Assembly: GCA_965208125.1 (NCBI GenBank)
Contig: OZ242320.1
Location: forward strand, 32,001-96,000
Source: Candidatus Latescibacterota bacterium
Lineage (GTDB): Bacteria; Latescibacterota; UBA2968
Length of the DNA: 64,000 nt
Direction: 5' to 3'
The notes under the pieces were generated by a model. That model worked only from the letters and a program-made list of their open reading frames with translations, did no database searches and had not been told where the DNA came from. Both the position numbers and the translations under genes were made by a program. Below are positions 9,111 to 19,975 of this stretch, piece after piece (within the stretch, counting starts at the first letter, position 1; each line of letters begins with the position of its first letter).

Positions 9111-10274
9111 GTGAAACTCAAAATCCTCCTTCCCATCATTGTCCTGATCATCGGCATGGTAGGTGCTTTTGCACTTGTCAAAAGCCGGGAAGTCGTCCAG
9201 CCCAAACCAACGGAAGTACCCCCGCCGCTCGTGCGCGTTCAATCCGTTCATACCACAGACTTTCAACTCGTTATTCCAGCGCAAGGCACAGTTGCCCCGC
9301 GCACGCAGACCACACTTATCTCACAAGTATCAGGCCAAATCATTGAAGTATCACCAGTATTTGCCAACGGGGGATTTTTTGAAAAAGGCGATGTCCTGCT
9401 CACCATTGATCCACGCGATTACGAAGTCGCTGTAGCACAGGCACAGGTTCAGGTCGCACAGGCCAAATTGCGATTGGCACGCGAAGAAGAAGAAGCCGCA
9501 ATTGCCCGCGACGAATGGAAACGCCTGGGCAATGGAGATCCAACCGATCTCGTCTTGCGCAAACCACAAATTGACGAAGCCCGTGCGACCATAGCCGCTG
9601 CCGAAGGCGCACTGATGCGCGCCAATCTCAACCTCGAACGCACGCAAATTAGAGCACCTTATCCCGGACGCGTTCGCACCAAAAATGCCGATATCGGGCA
9701 ATACGTCAACCCCGGTTCACCGCTCGGTCATATTTACGCAATTGACTATGCCGAAGTGCGCCTGCCCGTGCCCGATGAGCAACTCGCTTACCTGGACCTG
9801 CCGTTCTCCTTCCGCAATAATCCCCATGATAATTCAGGCCCCGATGTGCGCTTCCACGCCACATTTGCCGGACAGAAACACACCTATATGGGACGCATTG
9901 TGCGCGTTGAAGGCGAAATTGACACGCGCTCTGGCATGATCGCGCTCGTCGGGCGCGTGGATAACCCATACCGCCAGCGCGATAGCAACACGCCGCCATT
10001 AGCTGTGGGTCTGTTTGTCACTGCAGAAATCCTGGGCCAGCGCGCGGAAAACGTCGTGATCATCCCGCGCGCTGCACTGCGCGGCAAAAATCGCGTCCTC
10101 GTGGTCACGGGCAATCGCCTCTATTATCGAACCATCGACATCTTGCGCGCCGACGCAGAAAAAGTCGTTGTTAAAAGCGGTCTAAAATCGGGAGATCAAC
10201 TCTGCGTATCGCCAATCGATACTGTCGTAGATGGCATGCGCGTGCGCACCGTACGCACTGGAGGAACACAATGA
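9111..10274 (+). CDS. RND efflux periplasmic adaptor (MFP)
   Basis: N-terminal anchor, SQVSGQI, KGDVLLTIDPRDY, IRAPYPGRV, IPRAAL. Confidence 0.93.
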   Translation: MKLKILLPIIVLIIGMVGAFALVKSREVVQPKPTEVPPPLVRVQSVHTTDFQLVIPAQGTVAPRTQTTLISQVSGQIIEVSPVFANGGFFEKGDVLLTIDPRDYEVAVAQAQVQVAQAKLRLAREEEEAAIARDEWKRLGNGDPTDLVLRKPQIDEARATIAAAEGALMRANLNLERTQIRAPYPGRVRTKNADIGQYVNPGSPLGHIYAIDYAEVRLPVPDEQLAYLDLPFSFRNNPHDNSGPDVRFHATFAGQKHTYMGRIVRVEGEIDTRSGMIALVGRVDNPYRQRDSNTPPLAVGLFVTAEILGQRAENVVIIPRAALRGKNRVLVVTGNRLYYRTIDILRADAEKVVVKSGLKSGDQLCVSPIDTVVDGMRVRTVRTGGTQ

Positions 10275-13200
10275 AAAATGCCATTGAATGGTTTGCCCGA
10301 AACAGCGTGGCGGCCAATCTGTTGATGGTGTTGATCCTGGGAGGTGGCATTTTTCTCACATCCAGTATTCGCATGGAAGTCTTCCCAGAATTTTCACAGG
10401 ACATGATCAATATCTCTATGATCTATCGAGGCGCTGCTCCCGAAGAAGTCGAAGAAGCCATCTGCATACGCATCGAAGAAGCTGTGCTGGGTCTCGACGG
10501 CATTGAGCGCATCACCTCCACGGCATCGGAGAACAGCGGTGTTGTCAACATTGAACTCGAGTCGGGTGCTGATATGCGCAAATTGCTCGACGATGTCAAA
10601 GCTCGCGTAGATGCCATCACCACGTTTCCAGTGGAAACGGAAAAACCCATCATTCGAGAAATCACCAACCGCCGCCAGGTCATCAACGTTGCTATCTCGG
10701 GACCGACAGATGAAAAAACCCTCAAAACAATTGGCGAGCAAGTCAGAGACGACATTGCAACCATTCCCGGCATCACACAGGTAGATCTCGTCAGCACACG
10801 TCCTTACGAAATCGCCATCGAAGTCTCGGAAAATGACCTGAGGCGTTACGACCTCACCTTTAATGAAATTGCCATGGCCGTGAGGCGTTTCTCACTTGAT
10901 CTGCCCGGCGGCGCCATTCGAACAAAGGGCGGCGAAATCCTGTTGCGCACCAAAGGGCAGGCATATCGTGGCAAAGAATTTGAATCGCTCGTCTTGCGCT
11001 CTCGCCCTGATGGCACGCATCTTCGCCTGGGCGATGTCGCCACAGTCATCGACGGGTTTGCCGAAACAGACCAATCTGCTCAATTTGATGCAGAACCCAC
11101 CGTGACGGTCAAGGTTTATCGCGTAGGCGATCAAAATGCTCTGGACATTACCGAAAAAGTCAAAGCCTATATCAATAATACACAACAGCGCATGCCCGAT
11201 GGCATCAAACTCACCGTCTGGGCAGACTTTTCTCGCATCTTAAATGACCGCCTGGAACTCATGCTGCACAATGGTCAACTGGGTTTTATCCTCGTCTTTA
11301 TCGCGCTGACGATGTTTCTCCGATTGCGCCTCGCCTTCTGGGTTGCTCTGGGCATTCCCATCTCATTTCTCGGCGCAATCGGCCTGATGCCCTTCTTCGA
11401 CATCTCCATCAACATGATCTCCCTTTTTGCATTTATCGTGGTGCTCGGCATCGTTGTGGATGATGCGGTCATTGTAGGAGAAAACATCTATCGCCATTAC
11501 CAAATGGGCAAACGCGGTTTGCGTGCAGCCATTGACGGCGCGCAAGAAGTATATGTTCCCGTCATTTTTGCTATCCTCACATCTATTGCCGCCTTCTCAC
11601 CCCTGCTCACCGTTGAAGGCAGCATGGGAAAAATCATGAGACTCATTCCCATGATTGTCATCCTCACCCTTATCTTTTCACTCATCGAATCGCTCTTTAT
11701 TTTACCAGCGCATCTCGCACACGCCAAAATAGATTCAAAAAAAGACAGCGATCCCCCGCGCAAACGCGCTATTGTCACTCTGTGGCAACGCGTTCAAAAT
11801 GGCGTGGCCGATGGTTTGCTCATTGCTGTTGACCGCTATTATCGTCCCTTTCTCGAATGGGCACTTCAATGGCGGTATCTGACCCTCGCAGGGGGTGTTG
11901 CCACGCTCTTTCTCACCGTGGGCCTCGTTGGCGGCGGATGGATCAAGTTCGTCTTTTTTCCCAACGTCGAATCCGATAATATCGTAGCTATGCTCACCAT
12001 GCCCCAGGGCACACCTGCCGAGGTCACTGAAAAAGCAGTGCGCCGCCTGGAGGCGTCAGCGCAGCAACTCCAACGGGAAATAGAAGGCGAGAAATCAGGT
12101 GGGGTATTTCGCCATGTTTTCGCATCTGTGGGCGAACAGCCCTATCGCGCAGCACAAGGTCCGCCCACCGGGAATGCCGCCTCATTTTCATCGGCACATC
12201 TGGGCGAAGTCTATATTGAACTCGTGCCTTCGGAAAATCGCGACATCAGCAGTGAGGAAATTGCCAACCGCTGGCGCGAACTCACCGGCGCTATTCCCGA
12301 CGCGGTCGAACTGACCTACTCATCCTCGCTATTTTCATCTGGCGAAGCCATCAATATCCAGTTCTCAGGTCCCGATTACGGCGAATTGCGCGAAGTCGCC
12401 GAAAAATTCAAAAGCGCATTAAATGACTATCCCGGTGTCTTTGACATCGCCGATTCATTTCGCCCGGGGAAAGAGGAAGTAAAACTCTCTCTCACCCGAC
12501 AGGCCGAAACCCTGGGCATCACATTGTCTGACCTCGCACGCCAGGTCAGACAGGCATTTTACGGCGAAGAAGCGCAACGCATTCAGCGTGGTCGCGACGA
12601 CATCCGCGTGATGGTGCGCTATCCCGAATCAGAGCGGCGGTCCCTGGGTAACCTCGAAGACATGCGCATTCGCACGCCCAGCGGTGGCGAAGTGCCCTTT
12701 TCAATCGCCGCCAGAGCAGAACCCGGTCGGGGCTACGCATCCATCCGGCGCGCCGACCGCCAGAGAGTTATCAACGTTACTTCCGATGTCGATATAAGCA
12801 TCGCCAATGCAAACGAGATCATCGCCGAATGCACCCGCACTGTCTTGCCTCAAATACTGGCAGACCACCCCCGCGTGCGCTACGATTTTGAAGGCCAGCA
12901 AAGAGAACAGGATGAAATGCTACAGGGACTGGCCCAAAGCTTCGTTATCGCCTTACTGGTCATTTATATTTTGCTCGCCATTCCCTTCAAATCTTATGTC
13001 CAACCCCTCATTGTGATGGGAGCCATCCCATTTGGAATCGTCGGCGCGGTCTGGGGGCATGTCGCTCTCGGATTTAATCTCTCTATTCTCTCCGTATTTG
13101 GCATCGTTGCACTTACAGGTATCGTCGTCAATGACAGTCTGGTCATGGTCGATTTTATCAACAAACAACGCGAGAAAGGCCATGCACTTTCCGACGCCCT

Positions 13201-13480
13201 CCGCGAAGCCGGTGCTGTGCGTTTCCGTCCCATACTCTTGACCTCGGTCACGACATTTCTCGGCCTCACGCCCCTGCTATTAGAAAAAAGCCTTCAGGCG
13301 CAATTCCTGGTTCCCATGGCCATATCCCTCGGTTTTGGCGTTCTCTTTGCAACCGTCATCACCCTCTTGCTCGTTCCCATCAGCTACAATATACTCGAAG
13401 ACATCATCAATGCCTTTTACCGCCTTATCGGGCGCGAACGCGGCGCATTCCGCGCAGACCTGAATCGCGCAGCGGATTAA
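10271..13480 (+). CDS. RND efflux transporter permease (AcrB family)
   Basis: 1069 aa; NSVAANLLM, GIVVDDAVIVGENI, GIVVNDSLVMVD, RFRPILLTS. ATGA overlap with the MFP gene. Confidence 0.96.
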   Translation: MKNAIEWFARNSVAANLLMVLILGGGIFLTSSIRMEVFPEFSQDMINISMIYRGAAPEEVEEAICIRIEEAVLGLDGIERITSTASENSGVVNIELESGADMRKLLDDVKARVDAITTFPVETEKPIIREITNRRQVINVAISGPTDEKTLKTIGEQVRDDIATIPGITQVDLVSTRPYEIAIEVSENDLRRYDLTFNEIAMAVRRFSLDLPGGAIRTKGGEILLRTKGQAYRGKEFESLVLRSRPDGTHLRLGDVATVIDGFAETDQSAQFDAEPTVTVKVYRVGDQNALDITEKVKAYINNTQQRMPDGIKLTVWADFSRILNDRLELMLHNGQLGFILVFIALTMFLRLRLAFWVALGIPISFLGAIGLMPFFDISINMISLFAFIVVLGIVVDDAVIVGENIYRHYQMGKRGLRAAIDGAQEVYVPVIFAILTSIAAFSPLLTVEGSMGKIMRLIPMIVILTLIFSLIESLFILPAHLAHAKIDSKKDSDPPRKRAIVTLWQRVQNGVADGLLIAVDRYYRPFLEWALQWRYLTLAGGVATLFLTVGLVGGGWIKFVFFPNVESDNIVAMLTMPQGTPAEVTEKAVRRLEASAQQLQREIEGEKSGGVFRHVFASVGEQPYRAAQGPPTGNAASFSSAHLGEVYIELVPSENRDISSEEIANRWRELTGAIPDAVELTYSSSLFSSGEAINIQFSGPDYGELREVAEKFKSALNDYPGVFDIADSFRPGKEEVKLSLTRQAETLGITLSDLARQVRQAFYGEEAQRIQRGRDDIRVMVRYPESERRSLGNLEDMRIRTPSGGEVPFSIAARAEPGRGYASIRRADRQRVINVTSDVDISIANANEIIAECTRTVLPQILADHPRVRYDFEGQQREQDEMLQGLAQSFVIALLVIYILLAIPFKSYVQPLIVMGAIPFGIVGAVWGHVALGFNLSILSVFGIVALTGIVVNDSLVMVDFINKQREKGHALSDALREAGAVRFRPILLTSVTTFLGLTPLLLEKSLQAQFLVPMAISLGFGVLFATVITLLLVPISYNILEDIINAFYRLIGRERGAFRADLNRAAD

Positions 13481-13513
13481 TCGTGTTGTCCCAATTCAAA
13501 ATTTCCCTCACTA

Positions 13514-13542
13514 TTGACAAGCTATTTCAATGCGTGTACATT
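13514..13542 (+). promoter_or_regulatory. sigma70-type promoter
   Basis: TTGACA, 17 bp, TACATT upstream of the sulfatase gene. Confidence 0.6.
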
Positions 13543-13596
13543 GCGCTCACGGCTTATAACGCACACCTGTATGCCTCAAATTTGAAAGGATAACCA

Positions 13597-14970
13597 ATGG
13601 CTCCCAACATCATCTTTATCCTCACCGATGATCAAGGTCCCTGGGCTGCCGGATGTTATGGCAATCCAGAAATTCGCACCCCCAATCTCGACCGCATTGC
13701 CGCCACGGGTATTCGCTTCGACAATTTTTTTGTCACCATCCCCGTGTGCTCGCCCAGCCGCGCCTCTTTTCTCACTGGTCGCATCCCCTCACAGCACGGC
13801 GTACACGATTGGATCCGCGAAGGCAACACCGGTCCCGATGCGGCTTCTTATCTCCAGGACGAAATCTGCTATACCGATATCCTATCCGAACACGGCTGGA
13901 CATGTGGGTTATCGGGCAAATGGCACCTGGGCAATAGCACCTTGCCGCAGCACGGTTTCTCGCACTGGTTTGCCCACGAAAAAGGCGGTGGTCCCTACAA
14001 CGACGCCACACTGGTACGCAACGGCGAACTCGTCACCGTGCCGGGTTATGTGACCACCGCCATCACAGACGACGCCCTCGCATTTATCGACAATCACGCC
14101 GATGATGACAATCCCTTTTATCTCAGCGTTCACTACACAGCGCCCCACAGCCCATGGACTGGACACCCCCAGGATATTGTCGATTCCTACGACGACTGCC
14201 CATTCGAATCCTGTCCACAAGAAGATCCGCATCCCTGGGCGGGTGGCTTGAGCAATAATTTGGGCAACCGCGAAAGTCTCAAAGGCTATTTTGCCGCCGT
14301 CACCGCAATGGATTATGACGTGGGACGCATCCTCGATAAAATTGAGGACAAAGGAATTCGCGACAACACCCTCGTTGTCTTCACCTCTGACAATGGTTTT
14401 TCCTGCGGTCATCACGGTTTTTGGGGCAAGGGCAATGGCACGCGTCCCTTAAATATGTATGAAAACTCTATCAAAGTGCCTTTCTTGGCCAGCCATCCCG
14501 GCGTCATCCCCGAAGGCAGCGTGCAGCCCGCAATGGCTTCGGGATACGATTTTATGCCCACCCTCCTCGACTATCTCAACTTGCCCTTACCAGAAGACCG
14601 CAACTACCCCGGTCGATCCTTCCTCGTCGCGCTTAAAGGCGAAGAAGATCCCGGTCGCGACAATGTCGTTATCTACGACGAATACGGCACAACGCGCATG
14701 ATCCGCACGGCAGAATGGAAATACGTACATCGCTATCCCGATGGCCCCAATGAACTCTATGACCTGCAAAACGATCCCGACGAGCGCGACAACCTCGTTG
14801 ACGACAACGCACAGGCCAACCGCATCAAAACGATGAAAACGCAGATGGAAACGTGGTTTGCAACCTACAGCGTCCCCGACAAAGACGGGCGCGATTACAC
14901 AGTCAGCGGCGCAGGACAACTCCGACCCGTCGGCCGAAATTGGGAAGACGACCGCAAACCCTTTGCGTAA
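13597..14970 (+). CDS. Sulfatase (Cys-type, S1), no signal peptide
   Basis: PNIIFILTDDQG, CSPSR, GKWHLG, FTSDNG, ELYDLQNDPDE. Confidence 0.95.
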   Translation: MAPNIIFILTDDQGPWAAGCYGNPEIRTPNLDRIAATGIRFDNFFVTIPVCSPSRASFLTGRIPSQHGVHDWIREGNTGPDAASYLQDEICYTDILSEHGWTCGLSGKWHLGNSTLPQHGFSHWFAHEKGGGPYNDATLVRNGELVTVPGYVTTAITDDALAFIDNHADDDNPFYLSVHYTAPHSPWTGHPQDIVDSYDDCPFESCPQEDPHPWAGGLSNNLGNRESLKGYFAAVTAMDYDVGRILDKIEDKGIRDNTLVVFTSDNGFSCGHHGFWGKGNGTRPLNMYENSIKVPFLASHPGVIPEGSVQPAMASGYDFMPTLLDYLNLPLPEDRNYPGRSFLVALKGEEDPGRDNVVIYDEYGTTRMIRTAEWKYVHRYPDGPNELYDLQNDPDERDNLVDDNAQANRIKTMKTQMETWFATYSVPDKDGRDYTVSGAGQLRPVGRNWEDDRKPFA

Positions 14971-15003
14971 AGAGCAGTCAGTTTTTTATCAAAGGAGGTA
15001 CTG

Positions 15004-15888
15004 GTGAAAACGGGTGTGTGCAGTTACTGTTTCAATTCGATGCTGACCGAGGGTAAGATCTCTTTGATGGAGGCGATCGAATTCGTAGGAAAGGAGACTG
15101 CGGCCGACTGCTTCGAACCCTACTCCCCATACTGGAGTCCTGATCGAGACGTCCAAGAACAGGCGCGCGAGGCCCGGAAACTGATGGACCGGGTGGGCCT
15201 GCAGGCCTCGTGCCATGCCCTGGCGACCGATTTCGCCGTCTATAACGAAGGCGAAAATCGCGCCTGCCTGGACTGGTGTGAGAAGATGCTCCAGGTCGCC
15301 GTGATCCTCGGAGCCGATACGGTTCGAGTCGATCCCCGCACCGCCCCACCTCCCGGCAGATCCCGCGACGATATCGATCCCGAAGATGCCCTCGCCCGCG
15401 TTGCCCAAAGCATGCAGACCGTCGCCGATATCGCTATCGAAAAAGGCTTGAAAGTCGGCGTTGAAAACCACGGGCTGCTGCTCGGACGCACGTCGCAGAC
15501 CGCGTGCATCGTCGAGCGGGTCAATCGCCCCAACTTCGGTGTGAACCTCGACTTCACCAATTTCCGCACGGTCTTCGGAGAAGACCACATTGAGGCGACC
15601 CGGCTTCTCGCCAGACATGTCGTCCACATTCACGCCAAGGACTTCCACATTCGGCAGGATCCCCAACCTGGGGAGGAGTGGCGCGAAATCCCCTCGGGCG
15701 AATACGTCAAGCGCGCGGTCGGCGGCGAGGGGAACTCGGGTTGGGCCGAGATCTTTCGCATCCTCAAAGATGTGGGCTACAAGGGCACTATCTCCCTTGA
15801 GGTCTCAGATCCAGCGGACATTCGGGGCAGTGTCGCCAAAGGGGCGACCAATTTGAAGCGTATCATCTCGGAGGTGGAGCAGTTGTAA
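15004..15888 (+). CDS. Sugar phosphate isomerase/epimerase (xylose isomerase-like TIM barrel)
   Basis: VENHG, NLDFTNF, HIHAKD and ISLE metal-binding motifs. RBS GGAGG, GTG start. Confidence 0.88.
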   Translation: MKTGVCSYCFNSMLTEGKISLMEAIEFVGKETAADCFEPYSPYWSPDRDVQEQAREARKLMDRVGLQASCHALATDFAVYNEGENRACLDWCEKMLQVAVILGADTVRVDPRTAPPPGRSRDDIDPEDALARVAQSMQTVADIAIEKGLKVGVENHGLLLGRTSQTACIVERVNRPNFGVNLDFTNFRTVFGEDHIEATRLLARHVVHIHAKDFHIRQDPQPGEEWREIPSGEYVKRAVGGEGNSGWAEIFRILKDVGYKGTISLEVSDPADIRGSVAKGATNLKRIISEVEQL

Positions 15889-15939
15889 TCAGGACGTGGA
15901 TGGTCCCTTACAAGCGGCATAAGACACTGGAGGACGGAT

Positions 15940-17166
15940 ATGAATGACAAATTAGCTCTCTACGGCGGGGAAAAAACGCGCACAACTCCCTTCCCTTCGC
16001 GCACGCCATTTGGAAAAAAAGAAGAAGAATTGTTGTTGGACGCCGTGCGCAGTCAAAATCTGTTTGGCAAGAGCGGCACCTATGTCAAAGATTTCGAAAA
16101 GCAATTTGCCGAATTTTACGGAATGGGATATGCACAAAGTTCAACGAGCGGCACGGCGGCCATTCATCTGGCAGTGGGCGTTGTCGATCCCGAACCGGGG
16201 GACGAAATCATCACCGCACCCATTACCGATCCGGGCAGCGTAATGCCCATTTTGATTCAAAATGCCGTGCCCGTATTTGCCGACGTCGATCCCCTGACAA
16301 TGAACATGACACCCAAATCGATTGAAGAAAATATTACAGACCGAACGCGTGCAATCATCCTCGTACACTTGTTTGGACGCCCCTGCAATGTCGAAGAAGT
16401 GGTAAAAATTGCGGAAAAATACCATATTACGCTGATTGAAGATTGCAGCCAATGTCACGCCACCAAATACAAAGGTCGCTATGTGGGAACTTTCGGGCAT
16501 ATGGGTTGTTTTAGCTTGCAACAGTCCAAACACATGACCACGGGCGATGGCGGGATGACAGTCACGCATGACGAAGAAACCTATATTCGCCTCAAGTTGT
16601 TCTCCGATAAAGGATGGGATTATCAATATATGGGCGAACGCGATCACGCTTTTGTCGCACCCAACTATCGCATGACCGAGATGCAGGGCGCGGTTGGCCT
16701 CGCGCAATTGGAAAAAGTGCGCGGCGTGGTCGAGAGACGGCACGAATTGGGCGCATTGCTGTGTGAACTGATAGCCGATGCACCGGGAATAACGCCCGTT
16801 CCACCCGAGAGAGACCGCGAGGTTTCATGGTGGAATTTTGTTTTTCACGTCACGGGTCACGATCCCGATGAATTTTGCAAAGCCGTACGCGCCGAAGGCG
16901 TATCCATGGGGGCGCATTATATCAAAGATCCAATTTTTATGCGCGGAAATTACCTGACCGAAAAACGCACTTATGGAAACAGCGGATTCCCCTTTCACCA
17001 CGGCGTAACAAGCCGCGAATATAACTATGGCCCAGAACTCGTTCCCGGTGCAGTACAGGCATTGGGTACAGTCGTCGTATGGGGATTGCACGAGCACCTG
17101 GACGAAAAAGATATCCGCGATACCGCTGCAGCAATCAACAAAGTTGCAAACGGCCTGGGCAGATAG
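15940..17166 (+). CDS. DegT/DnrJ/EryC1/StrS PLP-dependent aminotransferase
   Basis: SGTAAIHLA, VHLFG, IEDCSQ, SLQQSKHMTTGDGG, NYRMTEMQGAVG. Confidence 0.93.
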   Translation: MNDKLALYGGEKTRTTPFPSRTPFGKKEEELLLDAVRSQNLFGKSGTYVKDFEKQFAEFYGMGYAQSSTSGTAAIHLAVGVVDPEPGDEIITAPITDPGSVMPILIQNAVPVFADVDPLTMNMTPKSIEENITDRTRAIILVHLFGRPCNVEEVVKIAEKYHITLIEDCSQCHATKYKGRYVGTFGHMGCFSLQQSKHMTTGDGGMTVTHDEETYIRLKLFSDKGWDYQYMGERDHAFVAPNYRMTEMQGAVGLAQLEKVRGVVERRHELGALLCELIADAPGITPVPPERDREVSWWNFVFHVTGHDPDEFCKAVRAEGVSMGAHYIKDPIFMRGNYLTEKRTYGNSGFPFHHGVTSREYNYGPELVPGAVQALGTVVVWGLHEHLDEKDIRDTAAAINKVANGLGR

Positions 17167-17184
17167 ACGAAAAAAGGAATTCAA

Positions 17185-18210
17185 ATGCACCAGTCTTGTA
17201 CACGGTGGTATTACATCAGAGAAATTGTTGTACTCTGTATCTTGACTCTTTCTGCTTGTGGGAGCACACCGCCGCCGGACATCACAGGACCGGGAGAACC
17301 CGGTGCAGATCCAATACCGGGAGGCCCTGGACGGATCGCATATATAAAACAAAACTTGCAAACGGGCAGTTTTCATCTCCATATCGTAGATCCCGACGGT
17401 AGAAATCCCATCAATCTCAATCCCACAGACGATCTGGCCGCATATTCCGGGCAATCGTGGTCGCCCGACGGCACACAACTCGCCTTTACCTCAAATCGCA
17501 GCGGCAATGCCATTTACAACATTTTTCTCATGAATTCCGACGGGAGCAATATCCGCAGTGTGGTTGAAAATTCGACAAACGAATTCGCATCTTCCTGGTC
17601 ACCCGATGGGCAGAAAATTCTCTTTCAGACCTGGCGCAGCGATGAAACAGCCTGGGATATTTATGTGGTCAACATTGACGGTTCTGGCGAAAAGGTGCTG
17701 ATCAATACGGATATGGAAGAGCAACTTCCCGTCTGGTCGCCCGATGGCACCCAATTTGCCTATCAGGCCGGGCATCGCGGTCAGGGAATCGACATCTATG
17801 TCGCCAATGCCGATGGTACAGACGCGATGCGTTTGACAGATGGCAATGGCACCTTGCACGCTGCACCTGCATGGTCGCCCGATGGTACACAGATAGCGTT
17901 TGAATCCAACCGCCATCAACCCCTGCCAACGGGCACGCGAACGCCCCTGGCGCAGTACGAGATTTATGTAATGAATCGAGACGGATCAAACATGCGTCGC
18001 CTCACGTCTTCTCAACCACTTGAAGCAGTACGCTATCCAACCTGGTCGCCGGATGGGAAGCAAATTGCATTTGAATTTCACACTTATGCAACAGAGCTAA
18101 TCTCGGGATTTTCGACCATTAAGGTCATGAATGCAGATGGATCCAATTTGTACTCCATTCCCAATCTTCTCATTGGCGCGCGCTTCCCGCGCTGGGCACC
18201 TGTGCCGTAA
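17185..18210 (+). CDS. TolB-like beta-propeller (PD40 repeat) lipoprotein
   Basis: Lipobox LSAC; five WSPDG repeats. Confidence 0.88.
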   Translation: MHQSCTRWYYIREIVVLCILTLSACGSTPPPDITGPGEPGADPIPGGPGRIAYIKQNLQTGSFHLHIVDPDGRNPINLNPTDDLAAYSGQSWSPDGTQLAFTSNRSGNAIYNIFLMNSDGSNIRSVVENSTNEFASSWSPDGQKILFQTWRSDETAWDIYVVNIDGSGEKVLINTDMEEQLPVWSPDGTQFAYQAGHRGQGIDIYVANADGTDAMRLTDGNGTLHAAPAWSPDGTQIAFESNRHQPLPTGTRTPLAQYEIYVMNRDGSNMRRLTSSQPLEAVRYPTWSPDGKQIAFEFHTYATELISGFSTIKVMNADGSNLYSIPNLLIGARFPRWAPVP

Positions 18211-18238
18211 ACACACATCCATGCCGTGCAACCGCCTG

Positions 18239-18268
18239 AAAGTCTCGGATTTCATCTGAGACTTTTTT
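18239..18268 (+). terminator. Intrinsic terminator
   Basis: AAAGTCTCGGA / TCTGAGACTTT stem plus T run. Confidence 0.7.
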
Positions 18269-18348
18269 ATTTGACTTCGCCGTTTTTGTCCAATTAATTG
18301 TTCGCAGTTGGGTATATGATATTGCGAACCACTTTTCAGGAGGCGTGT

Positions 18349-19068
18349 ATGAGACGGCCAACAGATGCTGAACGACAGGAGTGGGAAGACAACGGCGTGT
18401 TGTTTTTAGAAAATGCAATTAGGGGAGAAGACCTCTCACGGTTGCAGGCCATGTTTGATCGGTGTGCCGCCGAAGCCAGACGCGAATGGTTGGAGGGAAT
18501 TGCAAAAGGCACGCGCCCCGCTGCCCATTTTGATATACCAAAGCCACTGGAAAAAGACGATGTATTTATCGACCTCATCGATTATCCGGGCTGGTACGGA
18601 TTTTTGATGGATTTTGCCGATGAAGATCTGATACTGCTCGCGCCACAAGTGCGAACCCTGCCGGTATCACCCATCAGTTATGTGGGCTGGCATCCGGATG
18701 TACCGCATACGACACCGCTCCATATGAAGGTACAGATTTATATCGAGGATGTCCCGGTTGACGGAGGTGCATTTGGGTACGTGCCGGGCAGCCATAAACC
18801 CGATGTCGGGCCTTGTCCCGTGGTTCGTCCACTCGATTCAATGCCAGGGCACAAAGTGTATCCAGGCAAAGCGGGCGATGCGGTATTATTCAATTCTTAT
18901 GGGTGGCATACATCGATGGTCAACCGCACGTTAAAGCCGCGCAAGTCGATTATCCTCATTTACGAAAAGTGGAGTAAGGACCGCATATCGACCAAACATT
19001 TTGCATCGATAGCACACGAATGCACAACGCCAGACCGCAGGCGGTTGTTCAGCCTGGATGAGAGATGA
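18349..19068 (+). CDS. Phytanoyl-CoA dioxygenase family protein
   Basis: WEDNGVLFL, WHPD, YVPGSH, KAGDAVLFNSYGWH. RBS AGGAGG before ATG 18349. Confidence 0.87.
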   Translation: MRRPTDAERQEWEDNGVLFLENAIRGEDLSRLQAMFDRCAAEARREWLEGIAKGTRPAAHFDIPKPLEKDDVFIDLIDYPGWYGFLMDFADEDLILLAPQVRTLPVSPISYVGWHPDVPHTTPLHMKVQIYIEDVPVDGGAFGYVPGSHKPDVGPCPVVRPLDSMPGHKVYPGKAGDAVLFNSYGWHTSMVNRTLKPRKSIILIYEKWSKDRISTKHFASIAHECTTPDRRRLFSLDER

Positions 19069-19072
19069 TAGT

Positions 19073-19975
19073 ATGCCAATTATTGACTCGCACCTGCATG
19101 TATTTGAAAAACTGTCTGATGATTTTCCCCGTGAGGTAAATGACCAGTGTCCAGCAGACAGGGCAGAAACAGCAGAAAAATTGCTAGAGGTCATGGCAGC
19201 CAATGGGGTTGATCAGGCGATATTGACGCAGATTGGCGGTACACAATTACTGCACCACCGGTATTTGCAGCATTGTTTGAAGACCTATCCCAATCACTTC
19301 CGGGGAATTGGCTTGATTCCTCGGGATGAATGGGACGCACCGGAAGACCACATGGACCGGTTGGCTGAGAATGGGGATATTATCGGATTTCGAATTAACG
19401 AAATTGGCGGGCCTGTCGATCCCCTCTCCCATATGGATGTACGGACATTTACTTCGTATCGCATCTGGAAACACGCAGCGAAAAAAAACTACGTGATGTG
19501 GCTGTATATTCGGGCAAAAGACGCGCACCAAGTCGCCTTTATGGTTCGGGAATTTCCCGAAATTCGCGCTGTGTTTAACCATCTGATGATCTGTCCGGGC
19601 GAGGGAATGTTTTCGTGGGATGACGAAGGGCGCCCGCACATCAATACCCCTATACCGCCAATGACGCGCTACTCGATGCTGGGCTTGCACGAATACCCCA
19701 ATATCTGCGTACATCTATCGGGGCAATATGCGTTTAGCCAGGAGGCCTGGCCCTATCGCGATCTGGAGAGTTGGCACAAAACACTGCTTTCTAAATTCGG
19801 CGCAGACAAATTGATGTGGGCGACGGATTTTCCATGGATTTTGGAAGATCCAGGGTATGATAAGCTGGTACGGGTAATCGATGAATTACTACCGGATTTG
19901 AGCGCGCAGCAAAAAGCAAAAATTATGGGAGGAACGGCAAAACGGGTTTTGGGCTTTCCCGACCTGGCGGATTAA
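19073..19975 (+). CDS. Amidohydrolase_2 family metal-dependent hydrolase (lactonase-like)
   Basis: IIDSHLHVF, FNHL, LMWATDFPW. Confidence 0.87.
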   Translation: MPIIDSHLHVFEKLSDDFPREVNDQCPADRAETAEKLLEVMAANGVDQAILTQIGGTQLLHHRYLQHCLKTYPNHFRGIGLIPRDEWDAPEDHMDRLAENGDIIGFRINEIGGPVDPLSHMDVRTFTSYRIWKHAAKKNYVMWLYIRAKDAHQVAFMVREFPEIRAVFNHLMICPGEGMFSWDDEGRPHINTPIPPMTRYSMLGLHEYPNICVHLSGQYAFSQEAWPYRDLESWHKTLLSKFGADKLMWATDFPWILEDPGYDKLVRVIDELLPDLSAQQKAKIMGGTAKRVLGFPDLAD

